This document shows, one piece after another, positions 1 through 6,721 of a stretch of 64,000 nt of DNA. Numbering within the stretch: the stretch's first letter is position 1; each line of letters begins with the position of its first letter. This DNA is from an uncultured Candidatus Saccharibacteria bacterium (lineage in GTDB: Bacteria > Patescibacteriota > Minisyncoccia > Phycocordibacterales > PCTT01). Below the pieces are notes generated by a model. It was given only the letters and a program-made list of their open reading frames with translations. It was not told the origin of the DNA and did no database searches. The stretch covers positions 46,529 through 110,528 of the forward strand of contig CAZMIM010000002.1 of assembly GCA_964566505.1 (NCBI GenBank), in the 5' to 3' direction. Position numbers and translations under genes: made by a program.

Positions 1-44
1 TAGATTTGTGTCATTTCTTCTTTTGTTCCTAGTAGAAACTTCAT
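1..44 (-). CDS. rplC: 50S ribosomal protein L3, first 14 codons only (gene runs off the window start)
   Basis: The minus-strand ATG at 44 reads MKFLLGTKEEMTQI, like the conserved L3 N-terminus (M-x-G-L-L-G-x-K-x-G-M-T-Q-I). It lies downstream of rpsJ as in S10 operons. Confidence 0.45.
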   Translation of the reverse strand, partial: MKFLLGTKEEMTQI

Positions 45-45
45 T

Positions 46-78
46 GAAAATAAAAATATCACAGCCAAGCACTGTGAT
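46..78 (-). terminator. Hairpin plus U-run immediately upstream of the rplC start (candidate attenuator)
   Basis: The minus strand reads ATCACAG-TGCTTGG-CTGTGAT followed by ATTTTTATTTTCA and then the ATG. Confidence 0.4.
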
Positions 79-171
79 ACACGATAGTGTGTCCAGTGGT
101 CCGAAATGAGTAATTTCGTACATGGCGTATTTGTAGGAGGTACTATACACTATTCCTTTTTTTATGCAAGC

Positions 172-195
172 AAAAACCGCCCGAAGGCGGTTTTT
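172..195. terminator. Bidirectional intrinsic terminator hairpin
   Basis: AAAAA-CCGCC-CGAA-GGCGG-TTTTT; A-run and T-run flank a GC stem. Confidence 0.6.
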
Positions 196-307
196 GTTAA
201 TCAATAGATTATTATTGATTATATTCTAGTGAAGCGAGCGTACACAAGTTTACTTGTGATACCGAGCGAACGACGAATATATAAATCGTTATAATTGCTA
301 AGCAACA

Positions 308-331
308 TAAAAACCCCTTTAAGGGGTTTTT
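308..331. terminator. Bidirectional intrinsic terminator just downstream of rpsJ
   Basis: AAAAAA-CCCC-TTTAA-GGGG-TTTTT, about 30 nt after the rpsJ stop. Confidence 0.6.
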
Positions 332-361
332 ATGAAAAGCTATTGCTTTTTATAACGATTT

Positions 362-700
362 CTACATCATCTTCACATCGATGTTAACACCTGATGGAAG
401 TGATAGGTTTGTAAGTGCATCGATAATCTTTGCACCTGGGTTCACGATATCAATGAGTCGCTTGTGTGTTCGCATCTCAAATTGCTCTCGCGCATCTTTG
501 TGCACAAACGTTGAGCGATTCACTGTGTGCTTTTTGATTTCAGTTGGAAGCGGAACAGGACCTCGCACATGAGCATTAAGCTTCATAGCTGTATCCATAA
601 TCTGCTTCACTGAAGCATCGAGAATCTTGCTGTCGTATGCGCGTACACGCATTCGTAGCAATTGGGTTACTTCTTCTTTTTTCTTAGTAGCTGCGGTCAT
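362..700 (-). CDS. rpsJ: 30S ribosomal protein S10
   Basis: 112-aa ORF with the S10 core (VRGPVPLPT...HKDAREQFEMRTHKRLIDI). It follows tuf as in str/S10 clusters. Confidence 0.95.
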   Translation of the reverse strand: MTAATKKKEEVTQLLRMRVRAYDSKILDASVKQIMDTAMKLNAHVRGPVPLPTEIKKHTVNRSTFVHKDAREQFEMRTHKRLIDIVNPGAKIIDALTNLSLPSGVNIDVKMM

Positions 701-728
701 AAATAATTCTTCGAGTGAAACGAGTTAG

Positions 729-783
729 AGATTATTTATCCGCCTTAGTTTTATCTTTGATAAAAGTATGTGCGGATTCTCTA
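729..783 (-). promoter_or_regulatory. rpsJ 5'-UTR hairpin, member of a motif shared with the rplJ leader
   Basis: The minus strand reads AATCCGCACA..(inner hairpin TTTTATC-AAA-GATAAAA)..TAAGGCGGATAAATAATCTCTAA. It is preceded by TTGTGA-17-TATTAT. The same outer helix and 3' tail occur at 5104-5157. Confidence 0.5.
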
Positions 784-873
784 TAATATTTTACCATTGT
801 TGCCCTCACAAATTTTCGCTCCGCGAAACTTAGGAGGGCCTGTAAATTATGGTCGTTTCAACTCCCTAATTTA

Positions 874-2073
874 CTAGGCAACAACCTTTGTTACTACTCC
901 AGCCCCTACAGTCTTACCACCCTCTCGGATAGCAAACCGTTGCTTCTCTTCAAGCGCAACTGGTGCGATAAGTTTTACTTTGAAAGTAATAGTATCACCA
1001 GGCATAACCATCTCTGTTCCATCTGGAAGGGTTACGTCTCCTGTTACGTCTGTTGTTCGAATGTAGAACTGTGGCTTATATCCAGAGAAGAATGGTGTGT
1101 GTCGTCCTCCTTCTTCTTTAGAAAGAATATACACCTCTGCTTCAAACTCTGTGTGAGGATTTACTGAGCCAGTCTTTGCAAGAACCTGTCCTCGTGTAAC
1201 GTCCTCTTTCTTGAGACCTCGTAGAAGAATTCCTGCGTTGTCTCCTGCCATACCTTCTTGAAGTTGTTTGTTGAACATCTCCACTCCAGTAACAGTTGTT
1301 TTCATTGTGTCCTTGATTCCAACAATCTCAATCTCTTCTCCTACCTTTACGATTCCTCGCTCGATACGACCAGTTACTACTGTTCCTCGTCCTTCGATTG
1401 AGAATACGTCCTCGATAGGCATCAAGAATGGCTTATCAGTCTCTCGTTCTGGTGTTGGAATGTACTCGTCGATTGCCTTTGCAAGGTCAAGTACTTTCTG
1501 TGCCCACTCATCGTTGATGTCAGTTGCCTCAAGAGCCTTGAGTGCTGAACCTTTGATGATTGGTGCGTTCTCACCATCGAACTCGTACTTAGAAAGAAGT
1601 TCTCGAATCTCTTCTTCCACCAAGTCTACAAGCTCAGGGTCATCAACCATATCTACCTTGTTGATGAATACAATAATTTTTGGCACACCTACTTGTCGTG
1701 CAAGAAGGATGTGTTCTCGGGTTTGTGGCATCAAACCGTCTGTAGCAGCCACCACAAGTACGGCACCGTCCATCTGCGCGGCACCAGTAATCATGTTTTT
1801 AATGTAGTCTGCGTGACCTGGCGCATCAACGTGCGCGTAGTGTCGTGAAGGTGTTTGGTACTCTACGTGCGCAAGCGCAATAGTAATACCTCGAGCTTTC
1901 TCTTCAGGAGCGTTGTCGATTGCGTCAACACCCTTTCCTTGTGAAGAGTACCCGTCTCCAGCTATGTTAAGTACATTAAGAATAGCTGCAGTAAGTGTGG
2001 TCTTTCCATGGTCAACGTGGCCGATTGTACCTACGTTCACGTGTGGCTTTGACCGATCAAATGCATCTGCCAT
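874..2073 (-). CDS. tuf: Translation elongation factor Tu
   Basis: 399-aa ORF with GTPase motifs [14 protein letters not shown] and NKVD, and full-length EF-Tu similarity. Confidence 0.98.
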   Translation of the reverse strand: MADAFDRSKPHVNVGTIGHVDHGKTTLTAAILNVLNIAGDGYSSQGKGVDAIDNAPEEKARGITIALAHVEYQTPSRHYAHVDAPGHADYIKNMITGAAQMDGAVLVVAATDGLMPQTREHILLARQVGVPKIIVFINKVDMVDDPELVDLVEEEIRELLSKYEFDGENAPIIKGSALKALEATDINDEWAQKVLDLAKAIDEYIPTPERETDKPFLMPIEDVFSIEGRGTVVTGRIERGIVKVGEEIEIVGIKDTMKTTVTGVEMFNKQLQEGMAGDNAGILLRGLKKEDVTRGQVLAKTGSVNPHTEFEAEVYILSKEEGGRHTPFFSGYKPQFYIRTTDVTGDVTLPDGTEMVMPGDTITFKVKLIAPVALEEKQRFAIREGGKTVGAGVVTKVVA

Positions 2074-2222
2074 AACTAAACAATTAATTTAATAAAACTG
2101 CCACATAGCAACACGAGAGCGCGCGAGATGCCTCTCGCGTTGCTGTGTGTAATGTGTACCTCGCCTTCTATGAAGGTGTACGCCTAGATTAAAAAGACGC
2201 ACAATCTCGTGTACGTGTCCGT

Positions 2223-2250
2223 ATCATAACAAATATCTTAGGTGCGTCAA
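2223..2250 (-). promoter_or_regulatory. Candidate sigma70-type promoter for tuf
   Basis: Minus strand TTGACG-16 nt-TATGAT, about 150 nt upstream of the tuf ATG and just downstream of the terminator at 2265-2293. Confidence 0.45.
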
Positions 2251-2264
2251 CACTTTTTATGAAC

Positions 2265-2293
2265 AAAAACCGCCCTATAAAGAGGCGGTTTTT
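2265..2293. terminator. Bidirectional intrinsic terminator
   Basis: AAAAA-CCGCCCT-ATAAAG-AGGCGG-TTTTT. Confidence 0.6.
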
Positions 2294-2317
2294 GAAATCA
2301 AAGGATTTTTGAGTTCC

Positions 2318-3004
2318 TTATCGGTGTGAAATCTCTTTTCGAAGATTTTCAACATAGTCTGCAGCAGCTTTTTGACCACCAAGACCAAATGAAAGTCCGA
2401 ATGCAAGTGCAAGTGCAATTATCACTCCTGTGAATAGAGTTTGGATAAATGCAGCTGCAACACCAAGTTGGAATAGTGCAGCAAGAGCAGCAAATATCCA
2501 AATCGCCCATCGTGTGAGCGCTCCTAGGAAGTTTGCTGACCGCATGTGTGCGGCACGTGCTGAACCAACTACAACATTCTCCATTGCCTCAGCAATAACT
2601 GCGGCAACAAGCATGATAAGTACTGCAACGATTACCTTAGGAAGGAATAGAAGCACTACTTGTTGTAGGAATACATTGACTTGGCTGAGTCCAAGAACAT
2701 CCAATGAAGCAACGAGAAATACTACAATTACGAACCATTTTACGAGTGCTCCTAGGAATGCTCCAGAATCAAGCTTCATACCTGCTCGTGAAACTGCAGA
2801 TTCAAAACCTGCGCTTCGTAGTGCATTATCAAGCTTCAATGAGTGAATGATTTGAGCTACCGCTCGTCCAAGAACAGCACCAATTACCCATCCAAGGATG
2901 AAGATAATGATTGCTACTACTAGAGCTGGAATAAATTCAACTACTCCTACCCATAGATCTTGAAATGAACGTGTCAGAACGTCACTCCATGTATTAATAA
3001 GCAT
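2318..3004 (-). CDS. Polytopic membrane protein with repeated conserved-TM-helix pattern (MscS-associated type); function unknown
   Basis: 228-aa ORF with about five hydrophobic helices in a repeating pattern. No catalytic motif recognised. Confidence 0.45.
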   Translation of the reverse strand: MLINTWSDVLTRSFQDLWVGVVEFIPALVVAIIIFILGWVIGAVLGRAVAQIIHSLKLDNALRSAGFESAVSRAGMKLDSGAFLGALVKWFVIVVFLVASLDVLGLSQVNVFLQQVVLLFLPKVIVAVLIMLVAAVIAEAMENVVVGSARAAHMRSANFLGALTRWAIWIFAALAALFQLGVAAAFIQTLFTGVIIALALAFGLSFGLGGQKAAADYVENLRKEISHR

Positions 3005-3139
3005 AATATCTAGACATTATTAGTAATGATTTAAAATTACGACCTATTTTGACTATATCGTAATGATATGGGGATATAATAGCACTCTAGAGCAATCTCT
3101 ACACAACACAAAATGTGGATAATCATTAGTCTTGGACTG

Positions 3140-3165
3140 AAAAAGCCCTATTACAAGGGCTTTTT
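3140..3165. terminator. Bidirectional intrinsic terminator
   Basis: AAAAA-GCCCT-ATTACA-AGGGC-TTTTT. Confidence 0.6.
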
Positions 3166-3170
3166 GACAT

Positions 3171-3788
3171 CTAAATACCTATCTTATTTAGTACTTTCTC
3201 ATGTGGAAACTCAAGAACATCTCGCACAAGCTTGTCATATACATTCATACGATACTGAAACTCATCAGTAGAAAATACTGCATACCTTAGCTCCTTCCCT
3301 ATCTCTGATTCTATCTTTCGAACGACCCTATCGAGAGCACCCTTCTTTATTTTGTCTCCCACAATAAGAAGGTCTACTCGTGAATCTGGAATCTGAAGAA
3401 ATACTCCTGAGATAATAACAAGCTTTGGAGCACCTGCTGGCTTAATACGGTCCAAAACCTCGAGTCTTTCATTTCGTCTTCCTTGTATAAGAAGCTTATG
3501 AAGCCCTGAAAGATACGGAAATGTTTTATCAAGCATGAAGCCATTTGTCTTTTGCTTCTTTGTTACCACTTCTTTTCCTTTCTTTTTCTTTACCTCTTTA
3601 TAAAATACCTTTGGTTTTATAAGACCAACCGATTTAAGCATGTTTACAACACGGCGTACCATATCAGTCTTCACCTGAGTTTTCTTTGAAATCATTTTGA
3701 TGTCATATGCTGTGCCCGGGTTAGACATAAAAAGTCGCATTATCTTCACTCGCGATACTCCACCAAATAGTTTTGCTAGTATTTCCAT
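3171..3788 (-). CDS. Hypothetical DNA-binding protein (winged-helix-like N-terminus, nucleotidyltransferase-like C-terminus)
   Basis: 205-aa ORF. The N-terminal segment VSRVKIMRLF...YDIKMISKKTQV looks wHTH-like, followed by a basic linker and a C-terminal DLLIVGDKI segment. This is a family-level guess only. Confidence 0.4.
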   Translation of the reverse strand: MEILAKLFGGVSRVKIMRLFMSNPGTAYDIKMISKKTQVKTDMVRRVVNMLKSVGLIKPKVFYKEVKKKKGKEVVTKKQKTNGFMLDKTFPYLSGLHKLLIQGRRNERLEVLDRIKPAGAPKLVIISGVFLQIPDSRVDLLIVGDKIKKGALDRVVRKIESEIGKELRYAVFSTDEFQYRMNVYDKLVRDVLEFPHEKVLNKIGI

Positions 3789-3912
3789 CCCGATAGTGAT
3801 AGGAACCGCTTATTAAGCGTTTCCGAAAATTAGTTTGTAAATTAAGTTTTTCATAAGACTTTAACTTATCCCGATATTTTGAGTATTCAAAAATAACTCA
3901 ATCACTATCGGG
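3789..3912 (-). promoter_or_regulatory. Structured 5' element X1: a 12-bp long-range helix whose 3' strand abuts the start codon
   Basis: CCCGATAGTGAT (3789-3800) pairs perfectly with ATCACTATCGGG (3901-3912). It encloses two hairpins and an internal near-copy, ATCCCGATA. The gene's ATG (3788) is directly adjacent. It is homologous in layout to 32930-33071. Confidence 0.45.
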
Positions 3913-3986
3913 ACCATATGTTTTGAGTATACACACGAGCACAGTGCTCTAAAAGTAGACAGCGTGTCTATATCAGTTTTTAATTC

Positions 3987-4012
3987 AAAAACCGCCCATT
4001 TGGGCGGTTTTT
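3987..4012. terminator. Bidirectional intrinsic terminator downstream of rplL
   Basis: AAAAA-CCGCCC-ATTT-GGGCGG-TTTTT. Confidence 0.65.
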
Positions 4013-4059
4013 GTCTGGTCGGTGTGTAGTGTAGTTCTCAAATTACCCAACCTACAGGA

Positions 4060-4581
4060 TTATTTAAGATTTACTGTACCTCCTGCTTCCTCAACAGCTG
4101 ACTTAATAGCCTCTGCGTCATCCTTTGATGCTCCTTCCTTGAGTGCAACAGGTGCTCCTTCTACAAGGTCTTTTGCCTCCTTGAGACCAAGACCAAGTGC
4201 AGCCTTAACGGCTTTGATAACACCAATCTTTGAATCACCAAATGATGCAAGCTCTACAGTGAATGAGTCTTTCTCTTCCCCTGCGTCACCTCCTGCACCT
4301 GGTGCAGCTACTGCAACAGCGGCAGCTGATACTCCAAACTTCTTCTCAAGTACTTTTACAAGTGAGTGAAGCTCGAGCACTGACATTGCTTCAATTTTTG
4401 AAACAATCTCTTCAAATTCTTTTGGAATCTCTACCTCTTCCTCTGCCTCTTCTGCAGGAGAGTCATCTGAAGATGTCTCTTCTGTAGCCTCAGCTGGAGC
4501 GGCTTCTTCTTCCTTTGTTTCTTCTGCAGTCTCGGGAGTAGTCTCCTCTACTGCTTCAGTGTTTGTGTTTTCTTCAGTCAT
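4060..4581 (-). CDS. rplL: 50S ribosomal protein L7/L12 with ~52-aa acidic N-terminal extension
   Basis: The C-terminal ~120 aa are canonical L7/L12 ([25 protein letters not shown]...[15 protein letters not shown]). The ATG lies 3 nt after the rplJ stop. Confidence 0.9.
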   Translation of the reverse strand: MTEENTNTEAVEETTPETAEETKEEEAAPAEATEETSSDDSPAEEAEEEVEIPKEFEEIVSKIEAMSVLELHSLVKVLEKKFGVSAAAVAVAAPGAGGDAGEEKDSFTVELASFGDSKIGVIKAVKAALGLGLKEAKDLVEGAPVALKEGASKDDAEAIKSAVEEAGGTVNLK

Positions 4582-4584
4582 AAT

Positions 4585-5073
4585 TTATGCCTTACTCTCA
4601 GCGATTGCATTGATTACTCGTGCAAAACCGCTAATTGGTGAATTAATAATCTGTACAAATTGTCCTCGTAGAACATCAAGACCTGGAATCTGTGCAATCT
4701 CTGTGATTTCCTCTTTTGAAAGAAGTTTCTTTTCAAATACTCCACCGACTAGTGCAATATTTTCCTTGTACTTCTTTTGGAACTCATAGATTTCGCGAGC
4801 AGAACCAGTTTCATCATCTGAGTATGCAATAGCAATCTCTCCATCAAGTGCTGGTGCCTCTCCTTCAAATGAAGTGTCAGCGAGCGCTCGGTGAATCAAA
4901 CTCTTCTTTGCAACATAGTATGATACTCCGCTATCTCGAAGCGCACCTCGCATAGCAGTTGTGTCATCTACATTAAGTCCGTGAAAGTTCACAAACGCAA
5001 TAGAAGTAGCATTCTCAAATATATCTTTGAGTTTTGAAACAATCTGTTCTTTTTTCTCTTTTGTAATTGCCAT
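4585..5073 (-). CDS. rplJ: 50S ribosomal protein L10
   Basis: 162-aa ORF with L10 similarity (VNFHGLNVDDTTAMRGALRDSGVSYYVAKKSL). It directly precedes rplL. Confidence 0.9.
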   Translation of the reverse strand: MAITKEKKEQIVSKLKDIFENATSIAFVNFHGLNVDDTTAMRGALRDSGVSYYVAKKSLIHRALADTSFEGEAPALDGEIAIAYSDDETGSAREIYEFQKKYKENIALVGGVFEKKLLSKEEITEIAQIPGLDVLRGQFVQIINSPISGFARVINAIAESKA

Positions 5074-5103
5074 AAATAATTTCTTAATGAGCGAAGTGAA
5101 TTT

Positions 5104-5157
5104 AGAAATTATTTATCCGCCTAAGTTTCCGAAGGAAAATTTGTGCGGATTTTCTAA
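5104..5157 (-). promoter_or_regulatory. rplJ 5'-UTR hairpin, second member of the motif shared with the rpsJ leader
   Basis: The minus strand reads AATCCGCACA..(inner hairpin TTTCC-TTCG-GGAAA)..TTAGGCGGATAAATAATTTCTAA. The outer helix and tail are conserved; the inner hairpin differs in sequence but still pairs. Confidence 0.5.
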
Positions 5158-5177
5158 AACACCTTTCACTCGAAATT

Positions 5178-5199
5178 AAAAAACCTCTCGCAAGAGAGG
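5178..5199 (-). terminator. Intrinsic terminator inside the rplJ upstream region (candidate attenuator)
   Basis: Minus strand CCTCTC-TTGC-GAGAGG followed by TTTTTT, about 100 nt upstream of the rplJ ATG. Confidence 0.55.
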
Positions 5200-5295
5200 G
5201 TCAAAGCCATAATATGCAAAAAGCATAGTAGTTCGACCTAACACAGGATTTATATGTCCCGAGGGGTAACCTATGATCTCCGGCTTATGGGACAT

Positions 5296-5324
5296 ACAAT
5301 ACACAAAAGACATGTATAAGTCAA
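5296..5324 (-). promoter_or_regulatory. Candidate promoter for the rplJ leader transcript
   Basis: Minus strand TTGACT-17 nt-TATTGT, the same TTGAC-N17-TATTGT pattern seen at 24352 and 24729. Confidence 0.45.
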
Positions 5325-5341
5325 CGACTTCTCTTTAAAAC

Positions 5342-5378
5342 AAAAAAAAAAGCGCGGTTCTCGAGTCGAGAACCGCGC
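5342..5378 (-). terminator. Strong intrinsic terminator
   Basis: Minus strand GCGCGGTTCTCGA-C-TCGAGAACCGCGC followed by ten T. Confidence 0.75.
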
Positions 5379-5392
5379 CGGCTAGCGCAGGG

Positions 5393-5503
5393 CTAGATTT
5401 TAACCCCAGGAAGCTGAGGCCGACCATCTTGCTTCATCTCTGGGGAGATGGTCATAAGGTGTTGTGAAAAGAATATCAAACATTTGTAGTTCCTGTACCC
5501 CAT
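5393..5503 (-). CDS. Candidate 36-codon small ORF (or small RNA) in a self-contained transcription unit
   Basis: AGGAGG lies 9 nt upstream of the ATG. The ORF reads MGYRNYKCLIFFSQHLMTISPEMKQDGRPQLPGVKI. It has its own promoter (5581-5608) and terminator (5342-5378). No homology recognised. Confidence 0.3.
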   Translation of the reverse strand: MGYRNYKCLIFFSQHLMTISPEMKQDGRPQLPGVKI

Positions 5504-5580
5504 AGGGTGCTACCTCCTGTTCGATACGCTGACCTGTCTGGTCAGTCTTTCCAGCTCTTTTAATGTACGAATCTATAAAT

Positions 5581-5608
5581 AGTATAGCGCATACAAGATA
5601 TTTGTCAA
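5581..5608 (-). promoter_or_regulatory. Near-consensus sigma70-type promoter of the small transcription unit
   Basis: Minus strand TTGACA-16 nt-TATACT. Confidence 0.5.
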
Positions 5609-5664
5609 GCGATTTTATCTTTTCTTTTTTAAAAAACTAAAAAACAGCTTTGTTGAGCCATCAA

Positions 5665-5691
5665 AACGGCTCACTTTTAAAGTGAGCCGTT
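5665..5691. terminator. Hairpin terminator; near-identical copy at 63718-63748
   Basis: AACGGCTCACTT-TTA-AAGTGAGCCGTT. Confidence 0.55.
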
Positions 5692-5747
5692 GAATATACT
5701 TAGTCTTTACCCACGAGCTCCAAGTTCTGAGCTCTGAGCACCAATAC

Positions 5748-6554
5748 TTAACGAATTTGGTATGTAATTGTTACTGTTGAACGAATTGTATTCTCTCCAA
5801 CAGGGATATTTGCTGTCGGATAAGAAACCGCACCGTCCATCATCGCATCTCCTCCATATGCTCGTGATTCTGCATACATCACACCTGGATACCCCCTATC
5901 TTCATAAAAGCTAGCTACTCTTACAATCCTTACACCAAGATCTTTTGCAAGTCGCTTTGCTTTTTCTTCCGCATCTTCAATCGCCTGCTCTCTTGCATCC
6001 GCTTTTAGTGTGTCCTCGTCATCAATTGAGAAATTGATTCCTGAAACATTATCAGCCCCTTCATTTCCTACAAGTGATAGCAAATTACCAACCGCTTCAG
6101 TGTCTCGAACTTTTACTTGTACAGCATGATTTACCTCATATCCGCGAAGCTCTTCTCGTCCTGGCTCACATGGATATGTAATACACTGAATTCTAATGTA
6201 GTCGTATTGTGGGTAAATGTTGTAGCTAAGAGTTTTGATGTCTTTTTCTTCTACATCATTCTCTTTAAGCAAATCAAGAATTGCATTCATTTCTCTTGTA
6301 ACAACCTCTTGTGCTGAAGCAACATCCTTTGCCTCTTCTCGCACAGTGAATGTAAATGTTGCTACATCTGGAATAGCCACCACTTCCCCTTCTCCTGTAA
6401 CACTAATAGTGTTTTGATACGCAAACTCAGAACCGATAAATCGAGTCTCTTTTGCTTCATTAATAAACTTAAATAGCACAAACAACGAAAGAACAGTTAG
6501 GAGCAAAAGTCCCATGTTTACAAGCTGTTTTGTTTTATTCTCTGGAATAATCAT
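5748..6554 (-). CDS. SIMPL/DUF541-family secreted protein
   Basis: 268-aa ORF with an N-terminal TM/signal anchor and the pattern ISVTGEGEV..IPDVA.F.F.V...A.....A similar to 26-kDa periplasmic immunogenic protein-type SIMPL domains. Confidence 0.7.
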   Translation of the reverse strand: MIIPENKTKQLVNMGLLLLTVLSLFVLFKFINEAKETRFIGSEFAYQNTISVTGEGEVVAIPDVATFTFTVREEAKDVASAQEVVTREMNAILDLLKENDVEEKDIKTLSYNIYPQYDYIRIQCITYPCEPGREELRGYEVNHAVQVKVRDTEAVGNLLSLVGNEGADNVSGINFSIDDEDTLKADAREQAIEDAEEKAKRLAKDLGVRIVRVASFYEDRGYPGVMYAESRAYGGDAMMDGAVSYPTANIPVGENTIRSTVTITYQIR

Positions 6555-6644
6555 ATGTATATATGGTTATTATCTTTATAATCACCCGTAGTATAACACC
6601 CTTATATAAATAAGAAACTCTTTTGTATAAAAGGCATCTAATTG

Positions 6645-6673
6645 TTGACCATAGTGTATTTTTATGGTATCTT
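6645..6673 (+). promoter_or_regulatory. Candidate promoter of the GC-rich OmpA-like gene
   Basis: TTGACC-17 nt-TATCTT; a GAGG Shine-Dalgarno lies 8 nt before the ATG at 6722. Confidence 0.4.
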
Positions 6674-6721
6674 CCCGACGGAATTGAAACTAAACAACCA
6701 ACCATCTTTTGAGGTAATTCA

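Noticed and set aside
1268-1807. A 179-aa plus-strand ORF inside tuf, and similar long antisense ORFs: 2430-2846, 4022-4369, 25533-25952, 31445-31945, 35008-35469, 49316-49915, 50506-50976, 54000-54398, 54954-55571, 58727-59062.
   Set aside because: They are shadow ORFs on the opposite strand of well-supported genes. They have low-complexity or Ser/Leu/Arg-rich translations, no start-site signals and no recognisable motifs.
5200-5290. The short promoter-to-terminator transcript upstream of rplJ, and the unit at 5342-5608, considered as SRP RNA, 6S RNA, tmRNA or RNase P RNA.
   Set aside because: I could not find the diagnostic motifs:
- the SRP helix-8 GGAA/AGCA pattern;
- the tmRNA tRNA-like end and tag ORF;
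- the RNase P P4 sequences;
- the long 6S bubble helix.

They are left as a leader/attenuator and an sORF/sRNA candidate.
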